From: Candidatus Flemingiibacterium sp.
GTDB taxonomy: Bacteria; Bacillota; Clostridia; Oscillospirales; CAG-272
DNA length: 64,000 nucleotides
Direction of reading: 5' to 3'
NCBI GenBank assembly: GCA_045578725.1
Contig: JAZNKS010000105.1
Location: forward strand, 1,423-65,422
The position numbers and the translations under genes were made by a program. A model generated the notes under the pieces. That model was not told the origin of the DNA, did no database searches, and was given only the letters and a program-made list of their open reading frames with translations. This document shows positions 54,724-64,000 of this stretch, one piece after another (position 1 is the stretch's first letter; every line of letters starts with the position of its first letter).

Positions 54724-56220
54724 TCACGGAAGCAATACCGCGTGTGCATCGCGGGACAGCACCTCAAAAAAGGTCAGCCGCCATTCCACCCGCTCCTGCT
54801 TTTCATAGGTCATCGCCGAAACGGCGGTATGATCGGTTCCGGTATCGGACGGCTTCGGGCGGCTGATGACCACCGCCGTCGGACCGTCTGCGCCGCCGAT
54901 GATTCCGACGGAAGCTGCTCCTTCCCATCCATCCCGATCGATTTTACTCCGCTTGACGGGATCGTTTTGCCGCACATCCCGGATTTTCAGATTCGCCGCG
55001 GGAATCGGCGGATCGACACGGCCGGTCAGCTCGGTATAGTGCGGCGGAAGAATCCATCCGCCGGTTTCGGTCTGCTCCAGTTCGCCGTCCTGATACGCCA
55101 GTACCGTCAGCGTGTGCTCCGTCTTCGTGATCGGATGGGTGAAGGGAATCACCTGCCCCACGCGCTCGACCGTGAAGCATGGGCCGGGGATCGCCGTCGG
55201 CTTCTTTGTCAGGCAGAGCGCAAGGGAGCGGATTTTCGGCTTCACGCCGTCCGCCCATGCAAAGGCAAGGCGGCATTGCATCCAGCATTCTTCCGGAGAG
55301 AGCCCGTAATGCGCAAGCGCTTCCTCCATGCCGCCGGTATTGTACTGCTCCCGCAGTTCGGGTATGCTGACATACTGTCCCCATTGACCGCGCCGGTTGA
55401 TATGCTCCCGGCCATTGACCGTCAGCACCGATGAGAAAGTCATCCCAAACGGATTCTGCCGGGCGATCGTCTCCGCATCCTCACCGTTTGCAGGATTTGT
55501 CCAGCGCTCATGGAACGAGCGGATTTCTTCGGACGGAATCTCGCAGAACAGATCCAGCACGATACCATCCCGGCACACATAGGCGGCAGGAGCTGTCCAA
55601 TCATGCCCGTCAAACCGGAAAGAAGCTCCGAGCGCAAGCTCGCGGCCGGCTCGTTCCCGTTTCTCACCGGTTTCCCCGCAGGTGCTGTAATAAACCTTCC
55701 ATTCCCGCTTTACCGGCTTTTCTTCGACGGGCACCCATTCATAATAATCCTTCTTGTACGGCACCGTGTCAAAATCGAAGGCATCGTAAATCTCCTTCAA
55801 TTCGGCATACGGATCCCCGACCGGTGTCAGCCCAAACTGTGCGGCAAGAGAATCCGCGGCGGATTTCTGCTCCGGCGTGATGGGATTGTCCGCAAGAAAC
55901 TGCGCATATTGCTCCCGTGTCCAGGCATGAGCCTGCTCCAGCACCGCTTCATGATGGCAGGTGATCAGCAGGCGCAGAAAACCTTCAAAATTCTCCGCCA
56001 CCGGAAAGGCGTGCTTCTTCGGATCCGCCATAGGATTGACGGCAAAAACCGTTTCGCCGTGACTTTTCAGCATACAGTAGTGGATACCGTCAACACCGGT
56101 CCATCCTAAAATCACCGCGCCGCGCGGAGTGCAGAAATAATCGCTGCGGGTATCGCCCTTCTCAATGCCGAAGGGCGCCAGCGAAAACGGATTCTTTTTA
56201 TACGTTTCATAAAGGGTCAT
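54724..56220 (-). CDS. hypothetical soluble protein: SMI1/KNR4(SUKH)-like N-terminus and C-terminal GIIGGADGPT motif
   Basis: 498-aa ORF with GGAGG RBS, tightly packed between neighbours; domain calls tentative. Confidence 0.75.
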   Translation of the reverse strand: MTLYETYKKNPFSLAPFGIEKGDTRSDYFCTPRGAVILGWTGVDGIHYCMLKSHGETVFAVNPMADPKKHAFPVAENFEGFLRLLITCHHEAVLEQAHAWTREQYAQFLADNPITPEQKSAADSLAAQFGLTPVGDPYAELKEIYDAFDFDTVPYKKDYYEWVPVEEKPVKREWKVYYSTCGETGEKRERAGRELALGASFRFDGHDWTAPAAYVCRDGIVLDLFCEIPSEEIRSFHERWTNPANGEDAETIARQNPFGMTFSSVLTVNGREHINRRGQWGQYVSIPELREQYNTGGMEEALAHYGLSPEECWMQCRLAFAWADGVKPKIRSLALCLTKKPTAIPGPCFTVERVGQVIPFTHPITKTEHTLTVLAYQDGELEQTETGGWILPPHYTELTGRVDPPIPAANLKIRDVRQNDPVKRSKIDRDGWEGAASVGIIGGADGPTAVVISRPKPSDTGTDHTAVSAMTYEKQERVEWRLTFFEVLSRDAHAVLLP

Positions 56221-56232
56221 CAGCCGGCCTCC

Positions 56233-56706
56233 TTATCGCCGCTGTGCATCGATGCAGGCATCGATGACCAGAACAACGGCCAGCGCGAGAATTTCATCCG
56301 TACCCTCACCGATTGAAATCTCATAGGCATCTCCGAGCGTGAACCATTCTTTTTCCACCGATGCGATAAGCGAATCGCCGTCCCGCACCTCATAATCGTG
56401 ATCGAAAAAGTCGCCCGATACCGTCCAGCCGGGGCCTTCAACCGTATATTCGGGATGGAAGAAGGTGAATTCCTTGACTACCTCGGCCGCCTGCTCCCCG
56501 TCCCGGTAAATCACATAGCGGGGCATCCAGGTGAACAGCTGCTGTTCGATATAGGCAAGCTCACGTCCCGCAGGATCGCAGAGATGGAGCTTCCGGCCAA
56601 AGGTGAGAATTTCCCCCTCACAGGTAAATTTCTCATTTCCGGCCTCATCGTAGATCGAAAACTGATCTCCCCAGGTAAAAATATGCTGCTTGATGTACAG
56701 ATTCAT
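56233..56706 (-). CDS. LURP-one-related / tubby-C-like (scramblase superfamily) protein
   Basis: LYIKQHIFTWGDQFSIYD, GDFFDHDYEV, KEWFTLGDAYEI, LAVVLVID. Confidence 0.88.
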   Translation of the reverse strand: MNLYIKQHIFTWGDQFSIYDEAGNEKFTCEGEILTFGRKLHLCDPAGRELAYIEQQLFTWMPRYVIYRDGEQAAEVVKEFTFFHPEYTVEGPGWTVSGDFFDHDYEVRDGDSLIASVEKEWFTLGDAYEISIGEGTDEILALAVVLVIDACIDAQRR

Positions 56707-56775
56707 GAAAGCGCCTCCTTTTCAAGTACCGGGTTTCATACAGTATAGCACGGATCTGTGAACACATAAAGAATA

Positions 56776-56820
56776 GCGGCGCAATTTTTCATGAAGTTTT
56801 TTCCATGAAAATTGCGCCGC
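56776..56820 (-). terminator. hairpin after the M56 gene
   Basis: GCGGCGCAATTTT(T)CATG...CATGAAAATTGCGCCGC. Confidence 0.6.
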
Positions 56821-56827
56821 CGGATGT

Positions 56828-58414
56828 TTATCCGGATGTGTGCCTCTTGATGAAGGAGGCCAGATCATCCTTTGTGATGTCGGCAAATTCACCGCTTTCC
56901 ATATGCTTCAGCCGGATATACATCGGCTTGCCGACCGGAGAGCCCCCGCCGATCCAGACTTCAAAACAGCCGTCGATTTCATAGACCCGGATATACAGCC
57001 CCGATCCGGTTTCGAAGGATTTGTATCCGGAAAAATCCTCCCATGTGAGATCCTCGCCTTTTTGGGCCAGCGCGAGAACATCGGAAAGGGTCAAAAACTT
57101 CTGTCCTTCGGGCAGGATGGAGGGAATGGCAGCATCCGAAATGACAACGCCTGCCGCCGGTTTATTCCCGCGCGGCTGAATATAGGCCAGCAAAAGCCCG
57201 GTAAAGCCCTCGCTGTCCGTCGCCTTGACCGTGCAGGTCATGGCATCCTTCCCATCGTACAGATAATAATCCACCGCCTGCACCTCGATGGCAATCGGCT
57301 CCCGGAAATCGGCAAACTCCTCGCGTATCAGCGTCAAAAGCATACGGTCGCGGGTATCCGCATCCAGAAACGGCTCCCGCAGAGTCGATTTCACCGCCTC
57401 CGCCGTGAAGCTCTCATCAACCCGTCGGCAGATATAGTCCCGCACCGGATCCGATCCGGAGTAAGATCCTGAACGCGGATTGGTCAGAAAGCATACCGCC
57501 ACCACCGCCAAAAGGATCACGGCAAGCAGAATGAACCAGGGTGCCGGCTTCTTATCCTCCAGCACCGCCCGGATCCGCCGCCCGACTCCGATTTCACCGA
57601 ACGCAGGCGGGCAGGTAAAGACGGTCATTCGGCCGGTGCTTGCCGCCAGCAGAGCCTCGGAATAATCGGCCCGCTCGGCCATCCCCATGTTCCGCACCGT
57701 GCTCGCATCGCAGGCCATTTCCAAATCCCGACAGAAGAGATAATACGCCAGCCAGACAAGCGGATTGAACCAATGAACGGACAGCAGAAGAAAGCCAAAC
57801 GGCTTCCACCAATGATCGAGGCGGCCGATATGTGTCCGCTCATGGGCGATCACACAGCTCATACTGACAGCATCCGTCCCGGCGGGAAGGAAGATACGCG
57901 GCCGGATCAGCCCGTACACAAACGGCGATGCCAACCCATCGACAGTATAAATGTTATCTTCAAAATGCCGTGCATCGCGGAGCTGTCGGCGGATGCGGAC
58001 ATGACCGGCCAGCATCCAGACAAGTATCGCCGCCATGCCGCCAAGCCAGACATACGGAAGAATCCGGTTCCAATCCATGCCCCTGCGGACCGTTATGACC
58101 GGGGACGGCATCTCCTCGGTTGATATTTCGATGCCGGGATAGAGCGCGGCGATGAGATCTGTGTCGATCACATCCGGCTCAACCGCCTCCGCCTGCACCT
58201 CGGTCCTTGTTATCCATTCGGTCTTCGGCATCAGGCTGAGGGGACTTTCGATGCCGAAGGGAGAAATCAGCCGGACCGCCGCCAGTCCCCACAGCAGAAC
58301 ATTCACCCATTTGGGGGCGCCGCGCAGCACAAGGCGGAGCACCAGAATCAGCAGAATCAGGATTCCGGCCGTGATGCTCATATTGACAACCGCAAGAAAC
58401 AGTCCGCTCATCAC
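56828..58414 (-). CDS. BlaR1-like M56 metallopeptidase signal transducer with non-PBP extracellular domain
   Basis: SPFVYGLIRPRIFLP, HERTH (HExxH), HWFNPLVW, EMACD; start overlaps the blaI stop. Confidence 0.92.
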   Translation of the reverse strand: MMSGLFLAVVNMSITAGILILLILVLRLVLRGAPKWVNVLLWGLAAVRLISPFGIESPLSLMPKTEWITRTEVQAEAVEPDVIDTDLIAALYPGIEISTEEMPSPVITVRRGMDWNRILPYVWLGGMAAILVWMLAGHVRIRRQLRDARHFEDNIYTVDGLASPFVYGLIRPRIFLPAGTDAVSMSCVIAHERTHIGRLDHWWKPFGFLLLSVHWFNPLVWLAYYLFCRDLEMACDASTVRNMGMAERADYSEALLAASTGRMTVFTCPPAFGEIGVGRRIRAVLEDKKPAPWFILLAVILLAVVAVCFLTNPRSGSYSGSDPVRDYICRRVDESFTAEAVKSTLREPFLDADTRDRMLLTLIREEFADFREPIAIEVQAVDYYLYDGKDAMTCTVKATDSEGFTGLLLAYIQPRGNKPAAGVVISDAAIPSILPEGQKFLTLSDVLALAQKGEDLTWEDFSGYKSFETGSGLYIRVYEIDGCFEVWIGGGSPVGKPMYIRLKHMESGEFADITKDDLASFIKRHTSG

Positions 58415-58779
58415 CCATCCCCCTTCCGCGCCCGGTCGATCATCGCCTGCAGTTCATCCAGCTCGGAGGCGGAGATGCTCCTCCGCCTTGCAAAGGCTGC
58501 AAAGAAGGCCGGGACAGATCCCTCAAACTTCTCCTCCACAAACTCGTCAATCTGCGAGGCCTGCACATCATCCTTGGCAACCAGCGAGGTTACAACCGTG
58601 TTCTCATTCTTCAGCACGCCCCGGTCGGCCAGCCGCTTGATGACGGTGTAGGTGGTGGTGGTTTTCCAGCCAAGCCGCTCCGCGCAGAGTCTGGCCAGTT
58701 CCCCGCTCCGGATGGGTTCATGCTCCCACAAAATCAGGCAGAATTTGTATTCCTGTTCAAAAATCTTCGGTGTTTCCAT
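58411..58779 (-). CDS. BlaI/MecI/CopY family repressor
   Basis: EYKFCLILWEHEP...GWKTTTTYTVIKRLADRG...FEGSVPAFFAAF. Confidence 0.93.
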   Translation of the reverse strand: METPKIFEQEYKFCLILWEHEPIRSGELARLCAERLGWKTTTTYTVIKRLADRGVLKNENTVVTSLVAKDDVQASQIDEFVEEKFEGSVPAFFAAFARRRSISASELDELQAMIDRARKGDG

Positions 58780-58793
58780 AAATCGACCTCCAT

Positions 58794-58846
58794 TCTAATG
58801 CGTTAGAGTACAATACAATTCTAACGCATTAGAATTCATTTGTCAA
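58794..58846 (-). promoter_or_regulatory. blaI promoter with two palindromic operators
   Basis: TTGACA-17-TAGAAT; TCTAA-N4-TTAGA at 58794-58807 and 58820-58833. Confidence 0.8.
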
Positions 58847-58920
58847 GTCTTTTCCGCCGAAGTTACAGAATATTCACAATCTGCCCTCCTCCGCCTTGCG
58901 CCAGACCCTTTCCCGCCGCA

Positions 58921-58965
58921 AAAAGCAAAACAACGGCAGAATCGGGTAAAACCCGATTCTGCCGT
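58921..58965 (-). terminator. terminator after GH-like gene
   Basis: ACGGCAGAATCGGGT-aaa-ACCCGATTCTGCCGT perfect 15-bp stem, T-rich tail on the minus strand. Confidence 0.8.
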
Positions 58966-59001
58966 CACGGTTTCTCTGTGCGATTCTTTCGCCGGAGGCG
59001 T

Positions 59002-60492
59002 TTATCTTGCGTCGATTTCAATCCAGGAGACAGTAATGGGAGCACTTGCCACGCGGAAGGACAGCTCGTAGCGTTCCTGCTTGCCCGGAATGACGGCTGC
59101 ATAGCAAACCGTTCCCTTCGCCATAGCCGATTCAGGGGAGGGAGTAGGAATTTCCGTCATTTCGCCGACGGGAGCACCGTTGACAAGAATCCTGACATCG
59201 GCAGGCGAGCCTTCGGTGAAGCCGAGAATAAGGTGAAGCTGCTTGTCAGACGGCAGGCGGCCCGTATTAAAGGAAATGGAGCTTGCCTTGTAATTCCAAA
59301 GCCGCATCGGCAGGGGACGGAAATGCGGCAGCTCTTCGGGCACGATGGCGGCATTGTCCTCATTGATGGTGACAAAGCGCAGAGAACGGCTGACAGTGGT
59401 TTCGTAATCACCGACCGTGCGCTGTACCTCGCCATCGCGGGAATAATCGCCGTTTCCGAGTCCCTTTTGGCCGAACATATTGAAGGTATAAACACCGTCC
59501 GCGCCCTGTGCCAGAAAAGCAGCCGCATGACCGCGCACCATTTCCGCTGTCATAATGGCAAGGCCGTTCTCGGACATTCCCCAATCGCTGGAGATCAGGC
59601 CTTCGATGCAGGGGATGATCTCGGTCTTCGGCATAGCGCGCTTCCACTCACCAACGGGAATGTGGCTGTCGCTTCCCTGGAAACGGGGCGAGGGGATAAT
59701 GCGGTCAACCAATCCTTCCTTTTCCCAGGTAATGGGATCAAAGCCGTACAGACGGCTTTGCGCAATGTCGCGTGCCAGACGAACGGTGATCTCAATGCGG
59801 TGTCCGTAATGTGCCTCCGCCTCCCGCACAATGGCGGCCGCCTCACGCATAAAGCCATTCATCAAAGGGATGGCAATCTCTCTGTCCGCGCCAAGGTAAT
59901 CACAGCAAACCATGTCGCGCATAAAGTCCAGCTCAATGCCGTCCGCATCATAGCGGAAAAGCTGTTCGCGGATGTAATCGAGGAACATATTCCGCACCTC
60001 GGGGTACTTATAATTCAGGGTGCGGCGGTAATAGGCGTAACGGTCCCCGTTCATCCAGCCGTTGTCTCTCGCCTTGTAGAAGAAAGACGAGCGCAGACGG
60101 CAGGCAACATCGTCGGGGTTATGGCAATCGTTCATACGGAAGGAGATGTGAGCACGTCTGCCGATTTCACGGATGCGGCGGAACCAGACAGCAAAAGGAT
60201 CGATGCCGTGTATGCAGTTGACCGAATACCAGCAGCGCATGACATCAGTATAATCAACGGGATGCCCGTCCTCCATTTTTCTTTCGTAAACATCAAGGAA
60301 GTCATCCATCACATCGGATGCGCTGGACGAAGTCTGCCCGTTGACATTGAGCACAATATCGGTCAGATTGGTATCGGCGAACTCATCGATAAAGGGATAA
60401 AGATCCTCTTCGGTTACCTTCTCCTTGGAAAGAAGGGTATTGAGGAAAGGTTCGATCGTGGAATCACAGTCAATGTTCTGATAAAAGCTCAT
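59002..60492 (-). CDS. glycoside-hydrolase-like TIM-barrel protein (GHL10/DUF187-like), cytoplasmic
   Basis: ISFRMNDCH, LNYKYPEVR, YDADGIELDFMR, GADGVYTFN; no signal peptide. Confidence 0.68.
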   Translation of the reverse strand: MSFYQNIDCDSTIEPFLNTLLSKEKVTEEDLYPFIDEFADTNLTDIVLNVNGQTSSSASDVMDDFLDVYERKMEDGHPVDYTDVMRCWYSVNCIHGIDPFAVWFRRIREIGRRAHISFRMNDCHNPDDVACRLRSSFFYKARDNGWMNGDRYAYYRRTLNYKYPEVRNMFLDYIREQLFRYDADGIELDFMRDMVCCDYLGADREIAIPLMNGFMREAAAIVREAEAHYGHRIEITVRLARDIAQSRLYGFDPITWEKEGLVDRIIPSPRFQGSDSHIPVGEWKRAMPKTEIIPCIEGLISSDWGMSENGLAIMTAEMVRGHAAAFLAQGADGVYTFNMFGQKGLGNGDYSRDGEVQRTVGDYETTVSRSLRFVTINEDNAAIVPEELPHFRPLPMRLWNYKASSISFNTGRLPSDKQLHLILGFTEGSPADVRILVNGAPVGEMTEIPTPSPESAMAKGTVCYAAVIPGKQERYELSFRVASAPITVSWIEIDAR

Positions 60493-60633
60493 TTTTTCTC
60501 CTCTTTCTGTACGTTGATCATTCCGGTTGTTTTCCCGCACACGGCAAAAGGATACCGCGTGCTTGCATTAAGTATAGCAATTTTCCCCCGGAAAGTCAAG
60601 TCTTTTCTTCCGGAATTTCAGAGCAATCGCAAC

Positions 60634-61743
60634 TCATCCGCCGGCCATCGTAAATGCGGCCCAAAGAAGCAGGGATAGAAAGATCAGCAGAACCGCCGTC
60701 CGTGCCGCTGTCCCGGCAATCTCCGCGCGAAGCATCCTGCGGAGATCCTCCGGCTCCATTCCGATCATCCGATAGATACCCGCCGCCTTCCGGCGCTCGG
60801 CCATCCGGATCCGGGCCATCAGTATCGCCTGTATAAGACCGATGCCGGTCAAAAATGCAAAGCCGATCACCAGAAAGAGCAGGATCCCAACAACCGCATC
60901 GGCCGCAGCACCGACTGTATCCGTACCATCAAAGAGATTGACATCGAGAGTGACATCTTCGCCGCCGATTTTCCAGAACAGCATTACCGCCAGCATCGGA
61001 TAAACCGCCGCACCGGCAAACAGCAGCATCATGCGGGTATTGATTTTCGCATGATAATCGTTGCTTTTCTGTGCCAGTCGCTTTACCAGCGCCTTCTGGC
61101 GGAAGGTTTTGGACTGCCGGTAGCCGTGTGTCAGCTCACCTGCGGTGGGATTCTGGCGCCGGATGGTCTGTATAACCGCGCCTTGCCGGCGGATGGACGG
61201 CAGAAGATGAGCAAGCAGAATCAGCAGAATGCCGGCTCCCGCCGCGATCAGAAACAGCAGAAGAAAGGGCAGGTATTCCCTTCCCTCCAGCCGATCCGCG
61301 CCGCTGAAAATCCGCCCCGCCAAAGCCCCCGGCCCGATGCCGAGCGCCGCGCCGATCACAGTCGGCGGCAGATAGAGCCAAAGGATATCGGCCCACATCA
61401 GCGCCCGGATATCCTTTGGAGGCGCGCCGATGCCCTTCAGTACACCGACCAGCTGGGCATTCTCTTCCCTGCGGATAGCGCATTGGATCCGCACGTTCAT
61501 CAGCGTGACGAGGATCAGAATCCCGGCCGCAAGATTCATATACAGCGACACCTGACCGAGGAAATCTCCGATGGGCAGAGAATCAAAGCTTCCCCGCGGA
61601 TACAGCCGGACCCGGCAGACAAAGGCCAGAAAAAAGCCGATCATCAGCATGGAAACCAGCAGCGAGGCAAACAGAAGCCCATTTTTGAAGCGATCCGCCC
61701 GGAGTCTGCGAATCGCGATTTTCGTAACCGGTGACATCCTCAT
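60634..61743 (-). CDS. FtsX-like ABC transporter permease
   Basis: Two repeats of R..(E/K)..G.(L/Y)(K/R).IG motif, about 8 TMs; translationally coupled to the ATPase. Confidence 0.78.
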   Translation of the reverse strand: MRMSPVTKIAIRRLRADRFKNGLLFASLLVSMLMIGFFLAFVCRVRLYPRGSFDSLPIGDFLGQVSLYMNLAAGILILVTLMNVRIQCAIRREENAQLVGVLKGIGAPPKDIRALMWADILWLYLPPTVIGAALGIGPGALAGRIFSGADRLEGREYLPFLLLFLIAAGAGILLILLAHLLPSIRRQGAVIQTIRRQNPTAGELTHGYRQSKTFRQKALVKRLAQKSNDYHAKINTRMMLLFAGAAVYPMLAVMLFWKIGGEDVTLDVNLFDGTDTVGAAADAVVGILLFLVIGFAFLTGIGLIQAILMARIRMAERRKAAGIYRMIGMEPEDLRRMLRAEIAGTAARTAVLLIFLSLLLWAAFTMAGG

Positions 61744-62411
61744 CGCCTCCGGTCCGAGAGGATGCGGCCATCCGCGACGGTGATCACCCGCCCGGCCGCG
61801 TCCGCCGCCTCATTGCTGTGGGTGACCATCAGCACGGTAATCCCCTGCTCCCGGTTCAGGGTCCCAAGGAGCTTCATCACCTCGGCGCTGTTTTCGCCAT
61901 CAAGATTACCGGTCGGCTCATCGGCAAGAATGATCGACGGCCTGCCGATCACAGCTCTTGCGATCGCCGCGCGCTGCTGCTGACCGCCCGACAGTGCGGC
62001 CGGATAGGCATTCTCACGTCCGTTCAATCCCACCGTGCGCAGGATCTCGGACAGCCATTCACCATCGACCGGCCGCTCATCAAGCTCCAGAGGAAGCGTG
62101 ATGTTTTCTGCCACCGTCAGCTCGGGAATCAGATTGTAAAACTGATAAATCACGCCGATCTCGCGTCTGCGCAGAGCGGCACTTTTCCGCTCACTCATTT
62201 TCACGATATCGGCGCCGCGAAACAGAATGCTTCCGTGATCCGGCCGGTCCAGCCCCGCGATCATATTCAGCAGCGTGGTTTTGCCCGATCCGGACTTGCC
62301 GACAATGGCGGTGAATTCCCCGGCCTCAACGGTCAGCGACACCTCATCCAGCGCCGTGACCTCACCGTCCGCCGTGAAATAGCGCTTGCTCAATCCGGTT
62401 ATTTTCAGCAT
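61740..62411 (-). CDS. ABC transporter ATP-binding protein (LolD/MacB type)
   Basis: GKSGSGKTT, LSGGQQQR, LADEPTGNLD, VTH. Confidence 0.95.
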   Translation of the reverse strand: MLKITGLSKRYFTADGEVTALDEVSLTVEAGEFTAIVGKSGSGKTTLLNMIAGLDRPDHGSILFRGADIVKMSERKSAALRRREIGVIYQFYNLIPELTVAENITLPLELDERPVDGEWLSEILRTVGLNGRENAYPAALSGGQQQRAAIARAVIGRPSIILADEPTGNLDGENSAEVMKLLGTLNREQGITVLMVTHSNEAADAAGRVITVADGRILSDRRR

Positions 62412-62507
62412 ACCGATGCCCTCCGCACTTTGTTTTCTTCATTATATCATACAGATGTGAACATTTCTGCAGACAAATGACAAATCCGCACCGGAAGACA
62501 GCCCAAA

Positions 62508-63812
62508 CTATAAAATATCAACTGTTTCGCCGTTCAGCGCCTTGTTCATACTTCTGACGGCACAGAATTTGCCGCACATGGAACAGGTATCGTCATGCTC
62601 CGGCTTTCTCTCGTCGCGGATGCGCCTGGCTGTTTCGGGATCCAATGCGCACGCCCATTGACCTTCCCAATCCAGCTTACGGCGGGCCTCTGCCATGCGG
62701 TCATCAAGATCCCGCGCATGGGGAAGCTTCTTTGCGATATCCGCCGCATGAGCGGCGATTTTTGATGCGATAATACCCTGCTTTACATCCTCCACATTCG
62801 GAAGCGCCAGATGCTCTGCCGGTGTTACATAACACAGGAAGGCCGCACCGGATGCCGCCGCGATCGCACCGCCGATGGCAGAAGTGATGTGGTCGTATCC
62901 CGGCGCGATGTCCGTGACGATGGGACCGAGCACGTAGAACGGCGCCCCCATGCAGATGGTCTGCTGCATCTTCATGTTGGCTTCAATCTGATCCATCGGC
63001 ATATGTCCGGGACCTTCTACCATCACCTGCACATCCTTTTCCCAGGCACGTTTTGTCAGTTCCCCAAGGCGCACAAGCTCCTCGATCTGGCAGACGTCGC
63101 TTCCGTCCGCAAGGCATCCGGGACGGCAGGCATCACCAAGGGAGATCGTCACGTCATACTCCCGGCAAATCTCCAGAATCTCATCGTAATACTCATAGAA
63201 AGGATTTTCCTGCCCGGTCATGCTCATCCACGCAAAGACAAGCGAACCGCCGCGGGAAACGATATTCATCTTTCTCTTGTGCTTCTTGATCTGCTCGATC
63301 GTCTTTCGGGTGATGCCGCAATGGAGGGTTACAAAGTCCACGCCGTCTTCTGCATGAAGACGAACCACATCGATAAAATCCTTTGCCGTGAGGGTTGCAA
63401 GATCGCGCTGATAATGAATCACGCTGTCATATACGGGAACGGTGCCGATCATCGCAGGACATTCGCTTGTAAGCTTTCTGCGGAAGGGCTGTGTGCTGCC
63501 ATGGGAGGACAAATCCATGATCGCCTCCGCTCCCATATTGACCGCCGCCATTACCTTCTGCATCTCAATGTCGTAGTCCTTGCAGTCGCGGGATACGCCG
63601 AGATTGACGTTGATCTTGGTACGGAGCATGGAGCCCACGCCGTTCGGGTCGATACAGGTGTGCAGCTTGTTGGCACAGATCGCTACCTGTCCCTTTGCGA
63701 CAAGCTCACGGATTTCCTCCGGTGTCCGGTATTCCTTTTCGGCGACCGCTTTCATTTCGGGGGTAATGATGCCATGTCTTGCGGCATCCATTTGTGTGGT
63801 ATAGTTTCTCAT
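62508..63812 (-). CDS. thiC: phosphomethylpyrimidine synthase
   Basis: [46 protein letters not shown]. Confidence 0.97.
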   Translation of the reverse strand: MRNYTTQMDAARHGIITPEMKAVAEKEYRTPEEIRELVAKGQVAICANKLHTCIDPNGVGSMLRTKINVNLGVSRDCKDYDIEMQKVMAAVNMGAEAIMDLSSHGSTQPFRRKLTSECPAMIGTVPVYDSVIHYQRDLATLTAKDFIDVVRLHAEDGVDFVTLHCGITRKTIEQIKKHKRKMNIVSRGGSLVFAWMSMTGQENPFYEYYDEILEICREYDVTISLGDACRPGCLADGSDVCQIEELVRLGELTKRAWEKDVQVMVEGPGHMPMDQIEANMKMQQTICMGAPFYVLGPIVTDIAPGYDHITSAIGGAIAAASGAAFLCYVTPAEHLALPNVEDVKQGIIASKIAAHAADIAKKLPHARDLDDRMAEARRKLDWEGQWACALDPETARRIRDERKPEHDDTCSMCGKFCAVRSMNKALNGETVDIL

Positions 63813-63837
63813 TTTCGTTGGTTCCTTTCAGGCAGTA

Positions 63838-64000
63838 TTATTCAGCAAATTGGCTGTTCAGATCAAAGTTGTGCATCATCGGGCCCGCCCCCTGTCCAAG
63901 GTCGAGCATCGCGGCAAGTGCGCCCGAGATATAATCCTTTGCTCTCCTGATAGAGGTTTCAAGGTCATATCCCTTCGCGAGGTTTGATGCAATTGCAGAC
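63838..64000 (-). CDS. thiD: hydroxymethylpyrimidine/phosphomethylpyrimidine kinase, C-terminal end (partial)
   Basis: Manual translation SAIASNLAKGYDLETSIRRAKDYISGALAAMLDLGQGAGPMMHNFDLNSQFAE* matches the ThiD C-terminus; directly upstream of thiC. Confidence 0.85.
   Translation of the reverse strand, partial: SAIASNLAKGYDLETSIRRAKDYISGALAAMLDLGQGAGPMMHNFDLNSQFAE

Noticed and set aside
54724..56220. Annotation as Na+-translocating decarboxylase beta subunit
   Set aside because: Only the 10-residue motif matches; true beta subunits are highly hydrophobic multi-pass proteins.
63813..64000. Possible TPP riboswitch upstream of thiC
   Set aside because: The region translates as the C-terminus of ThiD; any riboswitch would lie beyond the window.
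1..64000. Mobile elements, prophage, tRNA/rRNA, defence systems
   Set aside because: No integrase, transposase, phage, restriction or cas motifs and no tRNA/rRNA-like sequence recognised; intergenic gaps are short and explained by promoters and terminators.

Overview
A 64-kb stretch of ordinary chromosome from a GC-rich Firmicute. Clostridia (Oscillospirales-like) is inferred from the rplU-prp-rpmA operon, near-consensus sigma-A promoters, the single-chain PurL and iscS-iscU. I found no rRNA, tRNA, CRISPR array, prophage or transposase. Housekeeping genes (rplU/prp/rpmA, carAB, iscSU, rnhA, purL, mtaB, trkAH, ispD, manA, feoB, thiC, partial thiD) are interleaved with regulators (two BlaI/BlaR1 pairs, AraC, YtrA-type GntR, an ECF sigma factor with a long extension), cytoplasmic glycosidases and envelope-stress genes. 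Two loci stand out. (1) A carbamoyl-phosphate synthetase whose small subunit has lost the whole Cys-His-Glu glutaminase triad and whose large subunit is fused in frame to an intact diaminopimelate epimerase (DapF); it is predicted to be ammonia-dependent. (2) A 12-kb seven-gene minus-strand operon encoding a giant solute-binding protein, two complete carbohydrate-ABC permease pairs, an NHL/TPR/Yip1 membrane protein and a 1017-aa DUF5696-like secreted protein, with no ATPase, hydrolase or regulator, behind a structured leader; it is a candidate cell-surface glycan capture/import machine. All family assignments come from motif recognition by eye, not database searches.
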